The notes: generated by a model from the letters alone, not told the origin. 64,000 nt of DNA from Hyphochytrium catenoides (GCA_900088475.1 FLMG01000355.1:326275-390274), one strand, 5' to 3'. Shown: positions 1-11,910, counted from the first letter of the stretch. Numbers and translations are program-made.

Positions 1-602
1 CAAAAGTGCCGTCGCCATTGTTCCGCCACAGAACAGTTTTATCACCGTCTGCGACACACAGAAGGTCTACCAGTCCGTCATTGTCAAAGTCCGCCGCCAG
101 AAGTGCTGTCGCCTGCGCAAGTGCCTGTGGGTCCCCAAACGCCTTCGCGGTGACATCCTGATTCGCAAGAGTGCCAAAGAACGACTATGTAAGTCTATCC
201 GAATGCCATAAGAACTAGATAGCATTATAGGCATGAACCTCGAAAGAGGTAAATCTCTGTCCTTTGTTTCTGTAGAGTCCTCTTGCCACTGCAAAGTCCT
301 CGAAACCATCCCCATCATAGTCTAAGACTGCCACTCCAGACAATAGATTAGAGACGGTAACCTGGCGGCAGGCGGAGCAAGGGTAAGTGCGAAGGAAGCC
401 TAAATCAATGCGAATGGAAGGAAAACTAAGCTGACACAGGGGAAAGCATATCGGTCGCCTCGCTTACATCGTTGGCAGGGATCTCTAGCTTTGAGAAGCT
501 GACCGGTCGGAAAGGGTACTGAAAATTGTACTGTTTCGAGTCTTCTCCGTCACCAAGCTTTACTGATACGAAGGCCAAGGACAGCCACGCCCAGGCCCTC
601 AT
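1..602 (-). CDS. Secreted FG-GAP-repeat (CRTAC1/ASPIC-UnbV-like) protein, 5' part; runs off the window start
   Basis: Hand-spliced phase-0 exons 602-468, 361-239 and 157-1 with GT-AG sites. Hydrophobic leader MRAWAWLSLAFVSVKLGDG, then FG-GAP-like Ca-binding motifs GVAVLDYDGDGFEDFAV..LYRNKG and ADFDNDGLVDLL..LWRNNGDGTF. Missed by the ORF track. Confidence 0.85.
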
Positions 603-2141
603 ACTGCCGCTTGTCTAGTAGAACGCTTCGTTCAAGTCAGGTCGCTGCCTTCTAGACGGCGATGCCCCAGAGTAAACACTGCCGATCTCTAGAGGTAATT
701 TGAGACCGACTCTGAAAGCTCTGACATCGCTCCAGCCTCCAGCAGCAAGGCACAGAATCTACGATGAGCTCGTACAAAAGATCTGCTGACAAGATCTTTG
801 TGTCCCGTCTGACGCCTGACTTCAAGCTTCGCAGTGCCGATTGAGAATAAGTAAGGAAGGAATCAAGAACGCCTTCTATTCTCCGCACTACTATCGTGGA
901 TAAGGGGTAGATTCGATATCAGAACAATGCTCTTGTCAGGTCGTTATGGGTCTTGACGGTCTTCAATCCTCAACTTTCCACGGTCAACAACAGGGTGTCG
1001 TCTTTTGTTCTGGCAGCCCCTGTCTGCAGCATTGGAAGCAAGGCTCCTCTTCAGATCATAAATCGACGCTATCCAGCATGGCAAGAGATGACGTGTCCGC
1101 GGCCACCATTACAAGTGCAAGGACACATCCATACCATAGATGCGCCATTGCCTCAATGCTCCTGTTGGAGTCATCACAACGCGGTCACCTATTGACGACG
1201 ATGCCTTCGTCGTGGTCCTCTATTAACATCAAGCCGGGAAAGCGTCTCCTATGGCGCAACAAACATTATAGAAGATCGGCTTCTTCTCTTACGACTATAC
1301 AAAAGGACATGTATGGCAGACCGAAGAAGAGAGATCTTGTGGTGGCGGCTGAAGAATACGTTAGCACAAAGCCACTCGCCTGCTCTTCACCGCATTGACA
1401 AAAGGGTCCAACAGGGACATTGCCAGGATCTTTCCTAGAACGAAGCCTCTGTCGTCTCTCTTCCGTATTTCCCGCAGGAGGTTAGCTCCAATGCACTACC
1501 CACACGTCTTCTTCCAATTTGTTTGGGAGGAACAGGTCAAGTAATAAGGATGACGACGGTGACACTGAAGGCAGGAGCGTGGTCACGCTCATGAAGGAAA
1601 GAAACAGCCGCCCTAGAGGCGGAGAAATCCCCAACACGAAGAACTATCTTGCCTCTCCCAACAGCAGGTTTGCCGCTTCTACTGATCACCTTTTTTTTGT
1701 AACACATGTATGGCGTCATGGCTTTTGACAACAACTTCAACAACGCAGTCGACGAGCGAGTGGTCGGCGGAGATTAGAGCTGTAACTGTCATCACTGACA
1801 CTACTACTTCCTTTCTCGACAGAAAGAAAGCAACCAATAAGCTCTCACACCGACTTCCCAACAAAACTACATCTCCTACGTAAGAGAAGCCATACAGACA
1901 CAGCTCTTGTCACGACAAGAGAAGAAGAGCCCCTTCAACAACACAGAAAACTACTTCAACATCTCAATCACCCTAGAGAGAGGAGGGAAGCCTACATCAT
2001 CGTCCGCGAACTGTACAAAGTAAGTAACAAATAACTCCTCTCACTCCAGGTCATAGCCACCACTAGAACCACCGACGACCACTCACCACTAAACAACGCC
2101 TATTGCAATTCCTCAGCATCACTATCACAGAGAGTACTCAT

Positions 2142-2421
2142 CACTACTGAAGACCTTCACCTACACCCATCAGTGTACCGAAGGAAATAAAGTGCCATGG
2201 AACCCAAGCCCTAATAAGAGCAGCTCTTCTTGGACCTCTGCCGGTAGACCGTGGAGTAGAGATCTGGTTCGATATTTGCAGGCTATAGTGCTATAGCAGA
2301 TTCTATGCGTATCAAACCAGATTTTCAACTACAAGGTCTACCAGAGGGCCAAGAGCTGCTCTTAGGGGTTGTTGGGTTTCCCATGGCCCTTCATTTCTTC
2401 CTTCAGTAGTAGTGTTGATAG
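2142..2421. repeat. Long imperfect inverted repeat / fold-back (~95-nt core arms), possibly a MITE relic or hairpin-RNA locus
   Basis: 2180-2274 (gaaggaaataaagtgccatggaacccaa...gatctggttcgata) is the imperfect reverse complement of 2310-2404. Inner palindrome gctatag-tg-ctatagc at 2282-2297. Outer match of cactactgaag (2142) with cttcagtagtagtg (2401). Confidence 0.85.
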
Positions 2422-3009
2422 AACCAGCCAGATCTCTACTTCTTCAAGGTCTCACAGAAAAGTATCTTCTGTCCTTGATTCTCATCTAACAAGCGCTACT
2501 TCGTCGAAATTACCTCTCCTACATTAGGCAACGCCGAAGTTACTCATAAAGGGCTTGTGATTATTTAGAATGTTCTCAATGGTCCACTTTGTGTCCACCA
2601 CAGTGCTGTACAGCGTAGTAGCGTGTTGAAATTAGAATTACACAACCCCTATTCGGAATCTGTATGGACGTTACAGTGATGTGATGACCAAAGCCGAATG
2701 TTTCCCCATGATAAAAGCCTTAGCTGTTCTACCGGCAAAAAGATGACAAGCAAATGATAATGAATGACCGGCATCATCAGTGTGCTTCCCACGAAGCGAC
2801 AGTGCTGTTTGCGACGGAGCGGGCGGGAGGAAGCGATCTTGTCTATGATGGGACTTGTCATCGGAACACCACCACAGAAAGAATCTGACATCCTTGGCGC
2901 TGTTTAAGGTCTCTTGCTGGTCAATGCGCTGAGGACTGTAAGGAACAAGACATCAATAACAAGGGAGGGCCATCATCTAGGATTCGAACGCGTAGACTCG
3001 AGGAGCGCC

Positions 3010-3786
3010 ATGGGAGCGAGTACGTCCTCCACCACCGAGAACAATCCCTATGACAACTTCGTTCGAGAGGAGTTCAGGAGGCTCACTGCCGGTCACCATC
3101 CTCCGCGAAAGTATTTGGCCTTGAAAGACCTCATGAAGCTTGGGCGAAGTGAGTTCATTCCGGTTGATTTCTCTCATATTGGGGTGCTCTTTGTCCTAGA
3201 TCAATCGAGGGATGGCACTATCTCCTTGGAAGAGATCTTCAATTTTGTCTCGATCTGCCGAAAGGAGCAGCCTAAGTACACAGCGCATGATTTCGGTACT
3301 CAAATGCATGCATACTGCACACTACGGATGTGGACCTACCTCAACCAGTCCCCAGAAAACAAAGAGAGGTTCATTGACTGGGTCATGCAGCTGATCATTG
3401 AGTCGGTTATGGTGTCCTATACCAGCGAGGATTCCTCCAAGGTCGTCCTTGATGACTCTATGGCCTTTGATAACTCTATGGTGGACCCTCTTGTGACAAT
3501 CAAAGGTGTAAAATTCATTGACACGGAGGCGGTGGCCATTGTGCACGACCTGCTTGGTATACAGACGAACTATGACATCGGCTACCAGACGTTCCTAGAT
3601 CAATTACAGCAGGTTGGGGAGGAGATGGGGCTGATGGAGCTCAGCGACTCGTCATTTGATGAGTATGTGCCACTTCAGGTCATCAGAGACTTCATACGGG
3701 ACTTCATTGGGGGATTCTTGCAGTTTATGGAGGTCTTAGACTTTACGGCTCCGCCAACCACGTCGCCAAATATCAATCCATCGTGA
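3010..3786 (+). CDS. Predicted N-myristoylated EF-hand protein (intronless, 258 aa)
   Basis: First ATG of the 2914-3786 ORF is at 3010, giving MGASTSS (G2/S6 myristoylation consensus). EF-hand loop DQSRDGTISLEE. Confidence 0.8.
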   Translation: MGASTSSTTENNPYDNFVREEFRRLTAGHHPPRKYLALKDLMKLGRSEFIPVDFSHIGVLFVLDQSRDGTISLEEIFNFVSICRKEQPKYTAHDFGTQMHAYCTLRMWTYLNQSPENKERFIDWVMQLIIESVMVSYTSEDSSKVVLDDSMAFDNSMVDPLVTIKGVKFIDTEAVAIVHDLLGIQTNYDIGYQTFLDQLQQVGEEMGLMELSDSSFDEYVPLQVIRDFIRDFIGGFLQFMEVLDFTAPPTTSPNINPS

Positions 3787-5365
3787 GGAAGGGGATGCTG
3801 TTTTTAAACTTTGCTTGGCGGATTGCTGTGGCCAAACTCTCTATTCTGGCGCGCTAGCTGGAAAGCAGACTTGTTGGTCTCTCCCGCCTCGCCTCAAGTT
3901 CGTACGAGGACTGATGATCTACTAGTAGACTCTCTTCCAATGAGCGAGGCTGAAGACAAGACCGTGAAAACTTTTATCATAACTAGACCGGCTTGGACAT
4001 TGTGCTGGATGGGCTGCTGCGCTTCATCAAACTGCCAGTAAGGCACGATGCGAAACTTGAAGAAGGATAACCGCAGTACTTCATTTAGGACGAGATGTCC
4101 AGTTGTTCTAGTCTAGAGGTTCCTTTATAGGAGACTTGTACGTGAAAAATGATCTCACCCGCCTTTGTGTCTGTGCCACGAAAGTGCGCATGCTCAATGA
4201 AGAAAGCAGTATGTTCATCACGCTGCTTAGATGCCGCTTTGTGTTACGGCTATGTAACTCTTAAATTCAACAAGCTCTCTCGTTCTCTTAGTTATACTTC
4301 CAGATTCTTGCAATGCAAGTCCATCATGGAGTAGAAGGTATAACATCTTCAGGGCCTTACCGACTTTAGAGTCTTTGAGAGATTAAAGCAGAAGACTACT
4401 TCCAATAAAGCAAATCCTGGATGTCTTTCAGTCTTGAGCCCAGCATCTTAAGCAGAGATGGGAAGTACAACCTTAAGCTACCACTGAGAATCCACCAAAC
4501 GCCTTAATAGTGCTGCTATACGTAGGTCATACGGGGAAATAAAGCATCGTCGAAATCGAGTAGAAGAGTTATGTTACCGGACTCTCAGACGTGGGGCTGC
4601 TGCTGCTTGCCTTGTCATTTAACATAGTATATCATCCACTAATGAGAATCCCAATCCATCCTCATGAGGCGACACGGTCGTCACTATATGCCTCCTCCTC
4701 GCTCTTGCTTTAACACCACCGCTAATTGGTGGACAAGAATCTCCTATACAACTTGGCTACAGCTCAATTCCCTGGCGAATGTCTTGCCTCTCCACCTACT
4801 CTCAGACTGGAAAGGCTGTGTCAGTGGGCTAGCGGCTGAATAAGATCCGTGCATCATCATCATCTCTCCCTCTCCCGTGTTCTCAATCACGTCTTCACTT
4901 CTCTTGCGCGCGACTTTTCTATATCTGCCTCTTCTACAGTGTCCATAAACGCGTCTCATGGCGTCATCGATTGGAGAAGTAGGCACACGAGTACGATAGC
5001 AAATAGTAGAGGCTTTCCATTATAACAGAAGCAACAAAAAGCTCGCACTGGCGCTTGTTCGCAGGTTAATTAAAGATTGCGGTGCTGGCGGCATTGACGC
5101 TCGTCATCTGAACGGAGTGTGGCTTTCTGTAACAACAGCGGCAACTTCGGCCAAACTCTGTCTTCTGCTGCCTCCCAATAAAATCATCTGTTTCTTTCTG
5201 ATAGAACCACTCACAAACTGAACTTCCCAAAGAGCTAAAGGTTGCTATTTATTACATGATGTAGAACCCGAACTACAGTTCTCGATTGTAGGCATAAACC
5301 GTGAACAACAACAACATTTTGGGGTGTACTTGGAACAACCCAAAATTCAAGCGAGAGAAAGGAGG

Positions 5366-5371
5366 AAAAAA
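5366..5371 (-). terminator. RNA polymerase III oligo-T terminator of tRNA-Leu
   Basis: T6 run on the minus strand a few nt after the discriminator base. Confidence 0.75.
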
Positions 5372-5375
5372 GATG

Positions 5376-5457
5376 TGGGCGAAGTGGGATTCGAACCCAC
5401 GCGTGCGAACACACCGCAACTTGAGTGCGGCACCTTAACCAACTCGGTCATCCGCCC
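5376..5457 (-). tRNA. trnL-CAA: tRNA-Leu (anticodon CAA)
   Basis: GGGCGGATGACCGAGTTGGTTAAGGTGCCGCACTCAAGTTGCGGTGTGTTCGCACGCGTGGGTTCGAATCCCACTTCGCCCA: acceptor stem, anticodon arm CCGCA-CTCAAGT-TGCGG, long variable arm, GTTCGAATC T-loop. No intron. Confidence 0.97.
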
Positions 5458-6782
5458 ATCTGACTGAGAGTCGAAGCCACACCTTTGGTCTATGTACCTG
5501 CCATAGAACAAACACCATTTATTCAATGATACGGTGTACTACGCTGTACAGAATACAGCGGGAGAGTGTGAGAGAAGAGCGAGGAAGAGGACCATTTACG
5601 AACTACACCAACTCTTTTGTCTTTTTCGGGGCTGCCCACCATTTTTTTCCCATGGAAAGAAACATACTTCATCTTGTTGTGTACTAATAACCTTTTGTCA
5701 TCAACTTTGAAAGTATCAATGCTTCCGAAATAATCCAATTCGGCGTTGTGTTTGTGGGAAGAGCCAGTTTTGGGTGATAGAGAGCCAGAGTGCCCAAAGA
5801 GCCATTTCTGGTTCGGAGGCTCTCTTACTCCGTCCCACCTTCAATCTTCGTATCTCTTGCTCTCTCTATCTTGGATCATCCACTCTATCTCCCTCTTGAA
5901 TGGATGTCCGTCTTCTTATCAATGGCTTTGCTCAACTCCTTCTCATCTCTGTCGCCCAAGTAGATATATTGACTACCTCTGTCTCTTCTCCCTGTTGCGT
6001 CTTTCTCTCTCTCTCTCTCTGTATCTCTCTCCCTCGTCTCTCTCTGTGTTTCTGTCTTTCTCTCTCCCACTCACTCTTCTTCTTAGTCTTTCCCACCACT
6101 TCAATCGCAAGGTCAACGGTTTGACATCTGCTGATGTGTTGACGATGAAGAGCTTTGAGCTCCAGATGCATCTTCACAAGTGCAGGCAAACATTCTTAGT
6201 ATGAGCTCCTCTCTCCTGCCCAGTGGGCTGGCTCTATGCACTGGCGGACTACTCTTCTCTTCCACCGTATCGTATCTTATGGCTCCATTGCGGCTGAGAT
6301 TAGGCCCTGGGCGGACAAGGGTTCTGCCTTTAGATAGGATAGCAAGATAACCCCAACCCTTGTGATGAGAGACAATCACCACCATGTTTGTTGCCAGTCT
6401 CTCTTACTTCTGTCTCTCTGCCTCCATTCTCTCTACTATATTTATCGCCTCTTCCCCCCCGCGGCGGAGACTCCATAATCTCCATTTTCTGACTGAGAGT
6501 TCCAGCCACCCCGATCTCAGCTTGCGTGCCATTCTTGCGCAGTCTGACGAAGCTGGCTCACTCTCACACGCTCTCGCTCCCAGTCCCGTCGCTTACACCT
6601 TCGGAACGGGGTTGCCAGACTGAGCCTTTGTTGGTGTCATTTAAATTTTCTCCCTAGCTGCAGACCTTCAGCAGCTTCGGAGTTCGGAGTTCGCGACCCA
6701 GCTAACAGCGCGTCCGCACCTTTATTCTTTTCTCTCTATCTTCATAACTTATCGTGCTTTCGCTGTTTCCAACTGAAGCACA

Positions 6783-8270
6783 ATGCCGCCAAAATCTTTA
6801 AAATACCTGCTAGGCTTGGCCCTGCTGGCGTCCACAGCTGCTGCCAATCAATCTCTCTCCTGCTTCAACTACTCTCCATTTTATCATGAAGATTACTTTA
6901 ACGGAAGGGTAGCAGAACTGCTCGACAGAGACTTCGCGACAGCCAGACGGCGTGGCATTACGTGCGTCAAGACGTTTCACACCGCATTTTTTGGCAATTC
7001 GGTCACTGATGTAGCTGCAAAGCACGGACTTAAAGTTGTACTCGGAGTTTTCATGCAGGATCCAAGCCTTCTGGGGGGGGAAGTAGACAACGCCATCAAA
7101 GCCTGCCAGCAACGTCCTGACAGTCTAATCGGTATCGTCGTGGGCAATGAGAACCTTAACGGGGGGAATCAGGGAGAGTTCTTCGCCATCATTGACAAGA
7201 TCAAAGGCTCTGGCTGCAGAGTCCCCGTCGGAACAGCTCAAAAGTCCCCTACTTACCTGGACGGTACCTTCTCCAAAGAGTTTGCGGAGAAGGTGGACTT
7301 CATGGGCGTCTCTCTTTACTCTTTCTTTGGTCCTATCCCTAACCAGGAAAGACCCATCGAACCCATCAGGGGGCAATTAGATAGACTGAGAGGACTTTGG
7401 GAAGGGCAAGGGCACAAATTCAGAGCCACAGAGATTGGCTGGCCGACAGGTGGAAGCTTTGCTGGCAACGTTGGTTCCTTGGAAACTGGCCAGCGGTTTA
7501 TTGATCAGATTGCAGGGCCGGTCTGTGAGGGGTATTTTGGCGATTGGATTGCCTTTTTCCAAATGTTTGATGAGCCCAACAAGCAAGGAGGGGAATTTGA
7601 GAGGCATTTCGGGCTTCTACAGCCTGACGGCTCTAACAAGCTTAATATTGACGTCCTGATCCAGTGCTCGAAAGATGCTAATGCTGTTGCTGCTCCTCCG
7701 GCGGGGCCAGAGGCTCCTGCACGTGGTCCTCCAGCACCTGCACCTGGCCCTCCTGCACCTCCTCCAGAGCCTGCACCTACTCCTGCTCCGCCAGCTCCCA
7801 CTCCTGCTCCTCCGTCCACGACTCCCATGTATCCACTCGCTACTGATGCTCCAAAAGATTCCACTGAACCAGTGGTCGTCCAACTTCCCGGTGCTACCTT
7901 TACGCCTAGCCCTGCTGATGGTAGCGCCGAAGGCAATGAGGGCCCCGTCGGCCCGGTGAACGATGATGCAGATAATCAATTGGGCGGTGCGCAGGATGAC
8001 TCTGACTATGAAGACGAAGGAGAGGACGATGGAAGCTCTTCCCTTTCTGTGATCGGTAACGACGGCTTGTCCGGCCCAGACAACAATGTGCCCTGCCCCA
8101 TTGGCCAGCTCCCGGTCTCTGTTGAGGGCATTGGGACCTTCTGTACCGCTATTCCTATCTGTGTTGGTGGGATACCTGACGGCAACTGTCCTCCTCAGCA
8201 AGCGGGTCTCCCCAATGGCGCCAGATGTGCTATCGTGAAGACTGGGGTGGCTGGCTGTGTAAGCAACTAA
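6783..8270 (+). CDS. Secreted GH17 beta-1,3-glucanase/glucanosyltransferase with Pro/Ala linker and Cys-rich C-terminal module
   Basis: 495-aa intronless ORF. Signal peptide; GH17 motifs IVVGNE (acid/base), TEIGWPTGG (nucleophile) and FERHFGL; PAPAP linker; C-terminal CP..PVSVEG..TFC...ICVG....GNCP...GLP.G..C..VKTGV.GC. Confidence 0.92.
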   Translation: MPPKSLKYLLGLALLASTAAANQSLSCFNYSPFYHEDYFNGRVAELLDRDFATARRRGITCVKTFHTAFFGNSVTDVAAKHGLKVVLGVFMQDPSLLGGEVDNAIKACQQRPDSLIGIVVGNENLNGGNQGEFFAIIDKIKGSGCRVPVGTAQKSPTYLDGTFSKEFAEKVDFMGVSLYSFFGPIPNQERPIEPIRGQLDRLRGLWEGQGHKFRATEIGWPTGGSFAGNVGSLETGQRFIDQIAGPVCEGYFGDWIAFFQMFDEPNKQGGEFERHFGLLQPDGSNKLNIDVLIQCSKDANAVAAPPAGPEAPARGPPAPAPGPPAPPPEPAPTPAPPAPTPAPPSTTPMYPLATDAPKDSTEPVVVQLPGATFTPSPADGSAEGNEGPVGPVNDDADNQLGGAQDDSDYEDEGEDDGSSSLSVIGNDGLSGPDNNVPCPIGQLPVSVEGIGTFCTAIPICVGGIPDGNCPPQQAGLPNGARCAIVKTGVAGCVSN

Positions 8271-8741
8271 GGGACAAGCCGGCTACCAACGGGTAAAACA
8301 CACATAGTGAGCCATCAGACCAGTGTCTGGGGCCGTAGGGCCGGGAAGCTGCCAATGCTGTCCGTAGGGGTCGCTCTTTTTCCTATAAAGTTTAAATGAA
8401 AGCTCCAAGTAGAGTTACAGCATTCCTCCTCCCCAAGTGCTAGACTGAGATGATGTTCAAGGCTGAAGAATATTCAAGGCAGCAGTGAGCTTCTTCTTTG
8501 GAAGGCTTCTCTAGCCTTTCCGTCCGTTGAGCTGCTCAGTCGATTTGCCAGGGCAGGTGACTCGCAGGGTCTCCAGCATTTCCCTTCCTGCTAAATGCTT
8601 GTTATCTTCTGAACTAGCTTCTTTAACCTCTTGACCATAATCTTGGTGCCTCTCACCGTCTAGTGGTACGATAATCTCTAGCTGAGACATTCTCACTCAA
8701 TTGCAATAAATTAGAATTAACTCCAGAGCTGTCAGTGGCGT

Positions 8742-11315
8742 CTACTTGTTGAAGAGAAAGTGCATGACGTCTCCATCTTGCACAATGTAGTCCTTCCCTT
8801 CTGATCTCATAGCCCCAGCTTCCTTGGACTTCTTCTCTCCCCCGTGCTTCACAAAGTCATCGTAGGAGATAGTCTCTGCTCTAATAAAGTACCTCTCAAA
8901 GTCCGAGTGGATCACCCCGGCAGCTTCTGGCGCCCGAGATCCTTAACAAGTGCCAAAAAAAAAGCGAAGTGCAGAATTAGGCGGAGTGGTCATGTCAAAA
9001 ACAATGGACTTTCAGAGGGACAGTACGCTATTCAGGCCCGGGCGAGGAGAAGACACAGCCTTACCGATTCGAATGTCCCAGGCCCTTGCCTCAGTCTCTC
9101 CCACTGTGTAGAATGATTGGAGGTGAAGGAGACGCTTGGATTCCCTCATAACCTGCAAGGCTGAGAGTCAACAGACTGGGACTGAAAATTTAGGTTGTGC
9201 TGCGTCGCGTCTGACCTTAGTAAGCCCTGTCTCTTTGAGATTGAAGCATTCCAGATACTCCATCTGTGACTCCTCGTCGTCGAAGCCAGCTGCTGCTTCC
9301 TCCAGCCCTGCCGACACCACCAGGCAGTCGGAGCCAGTCCTTTCCGCCTCCTCTTTCACTAGCTGACAAAAGGCATTTCCATCTGCAGCCTCCTCTTCCT
9401 TGACATTGCAGACGTACAGTACAGGCTTGGCGGAAAGGAGTTGGAGGGAGGAGACGTCCTTCCTTAGGTCTTCGGGTACATCTATAGCGTTAGCAGGGAT
9501 GCCCTCTCCCAGAGATGATGACAGGAGCTGAAGAGCTTCACGAAGCTGAACGGCGTCTTTGTCTCCCGATCTGTCAACATCCCAGATCCAGAGGGAAGAG
9601 AGCAGACGGATATCAGACAGCCCAGAAGCAGAAGCGTCATAGCCGTACTCGCAGGAATATTGACGACCAGAGGAAGGAGTTACCCTCTATAGATTCAGGC
9701 CATCGTTTGCAACCTAGGACGCATGTAGTTGAGTGGTCTTACCTTGCTTTTTTTGCCAGGTTGGTCAACCTCGATTCCACAGTCTGTAAGTCTGGGAGAG
9801 GCGGCCAAGCATGGCGTTAAGCGAAGGACGGTCTCTCTTATCACGCGCCCATCCCTGTGTGTCATGTCTCTCCTTCTTTAGCCCACTAGTTTACCCCGCT
9901 AGTTTCCATTCCGTTAGGGGCTTCTAATCTCTCTGTCCTGGTCTGGCTTCAATCAACCTCTCCTGGTTACTTGTCCTGCGTCCATCACGGAAGATTCACC
10001 CATTACGTCCTTCTGCCTACCTGCCAGTACTAGCTCCGAGCGAATCGTCTCCAGGTCCCTTAAGGGGTCTACGGTTGTCTCTACGTGGATAATATTTGGA
10101 TCCTCGAAGCAGCGAATGACGTGAAGAACTACTGCTACTTGACGAATGTTCGATAGAAACTGATTCCCTAGGAACGGCGACGCATTAGTTTATGGGCTAA
10201 ACGCACCCCGATAGCCAGAGCCTACTAAAGAGGTTATGACAGATAATGCACCGCTCGAGTCGGAAGGAATAAAGAGGTGATGGCCCATCGTAGCGTGGTG
10301 AGTCAGGGTCGAAAAGAAGAGGGACCGCCATCAGCAACCAACCTAAGCCTTCTCCCTTGTGAGCGCCTCTCACCAAGCCCGCAATATCTACGAACTCTAA
10401 CTGCATGAATCAACGCCCCAGATAGGAGACAGAACAAGGGTTACGCCAGAGAATAGTGAGAGATTGAAAGAGGAGCCAGACAATAAGCACTGTAGACCAA
10501 GGAGGATAGTTCAAAAAGCAGATAGGCGCTGAAGAGGGCAAGGGATAGACAGAACACGGATGGAGAAGCAAGAGCTGGACACAAATGAAAGAGGCTCATC
10601 CCCAGAACCTATAGGAACAGAGAGGAAAGAAGTGCAGCCGACACCTAGACCGGCCAGACAATATATTGGCGGAGGCGCTGTGTCCCACCTGTGTCTCGAC
10701 TACTCTCTTAGACTTCTCGATTTCTGCCAAGACGTGCAGCCGTGGATCCGGCACTGGCACCCGTGCTACGTTTGGCTCTATTGTGCAGAAGGGATAGTTA
10801 GCTGCTTGAGCTACCTGTACAGATAGAGAGTGATGGTGAGGACCAATCCAAGTTCGGCGTTCTCTCCCGCTGTCTCTCTATCTTGGTGTTGTTCGTGTCT
10901 CAGTTCCTTACATCTACTTGCTATTTTTCTCCCTTGCCCCGTCGCTGTCTCTCCATAATCGGTTCTAATTCTCATGCCGTCTTTCGTTTGCAAGCCCTCC
11001 CCTCCATGCTTCGTTGTCTCTCGCTATCCCTTTCTGCTCCTCGCATCTGGGTCTCTTCCAATGCCTCTTTCTCATGCGCTCTGCCAAGAGGCAACTTCGG
11101 TCACTTTGTGTGTTCTGCTTTGGCCTCCACCGCCTCCTTACCTGACTCTTCGTGAGTGCATTGAATAGCGTGGACTTCCCAACATTGGGCATCCCTACGA
11201 TGCCGATGGGTCGATGATAGCCTCTACTTTGCTGAAAGACAGCGCGCAAGGGCCACCCCTGCGCGGCTCGGAGCAACCTCCTGGCGCCCGGAGTGGCAGC
11301 ACAGAGTCGCAGCAT
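8742..11315 (-). CDS. ychF: Obg-family ATPase YchF/OLA1, probably mitochondrion-targeted (multi-exon)
   Basis: Exons encode [66 protein letters not shown] and the C-terminal [11 protein letters not shown]...[19 protein letters not shown]. Arg-rich, acid-free leader [20 protein letters not shown]. Confidence 0.93.
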
Positions 11316-11910
11316 TACGTTGAAGCAGGGCACACGATGATGAACCTTTCTTGTCAACGCGAGGGCAGAGAGGAAGCGCAAGGCAGCAGGAACGAGCGCT
11401 AGCCAAGCCGATATGCGAGAACGGCGTGCGGCACTGGCTTTTATAAGAGAAAGGAGAGGCCGCCCGCCAAGAAAAACTTGGGGCAAGTGGGAGGGAGGCG
11501 AAGAAGTGAGAGAGAGGCATTGACGAAGAGGTGATGATCGGGGAAGGGCAAAGTGCAGGAGGAGGAGGGACCACCAACAGTGCGAATCCATCATGGGCGG
11601 AATAGGAATAGGTGATAGGTCAATGTGCGGCGTAGCTGTTATTATACACACATTTGCTTTAGTGGTTATTCTTTAGATCAATCGGGTGGCTTACTGCGCT
11701 GACGAAGCGTCAAGGTTATTATGGCACAATCTGTCTGTCTTTCTCCCTTTCTCTTCTCTCTCTCTCTCTCTCTGTCTCTCTTTCTCACTCACACACACAT
11801 TCATATGTTTCCTCTATGTTTGGGCTCTATCTGATCCTCTCCTTCCTTCTTTGTCAGCAGCAAGCGCGAAGAACGGGAGGATAGGATGAACTTGGCTGGG
11901 CCAGCTCCGG

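Noticed and set aside
946-1398. 150-aa ORF
   Set aside because: No recognisable domain or splice support.
2639-5328. Possible TA-flanked TIR pair (tacac..cccc / ggggtgta) enclosing the EF-hand gene
   Set aside because: Only ~8 bp and imperfect, so expected by chance.
5746-6204. Leu/Ser-rich or Glu/Arg-rich ORFs (also ~20856-21374, 44820-45153, 63236-63682)
   Set aside because: Translations of CT/GA microsatellite and polypyrimidine tracts.
7505-8201. Gly/Ala-rich and Arg-rich antisense ORFs (143 and 194 aa)
   Set aside because: Shadows of the Pro/Ala-rich GH17 linker on the opposite strand.
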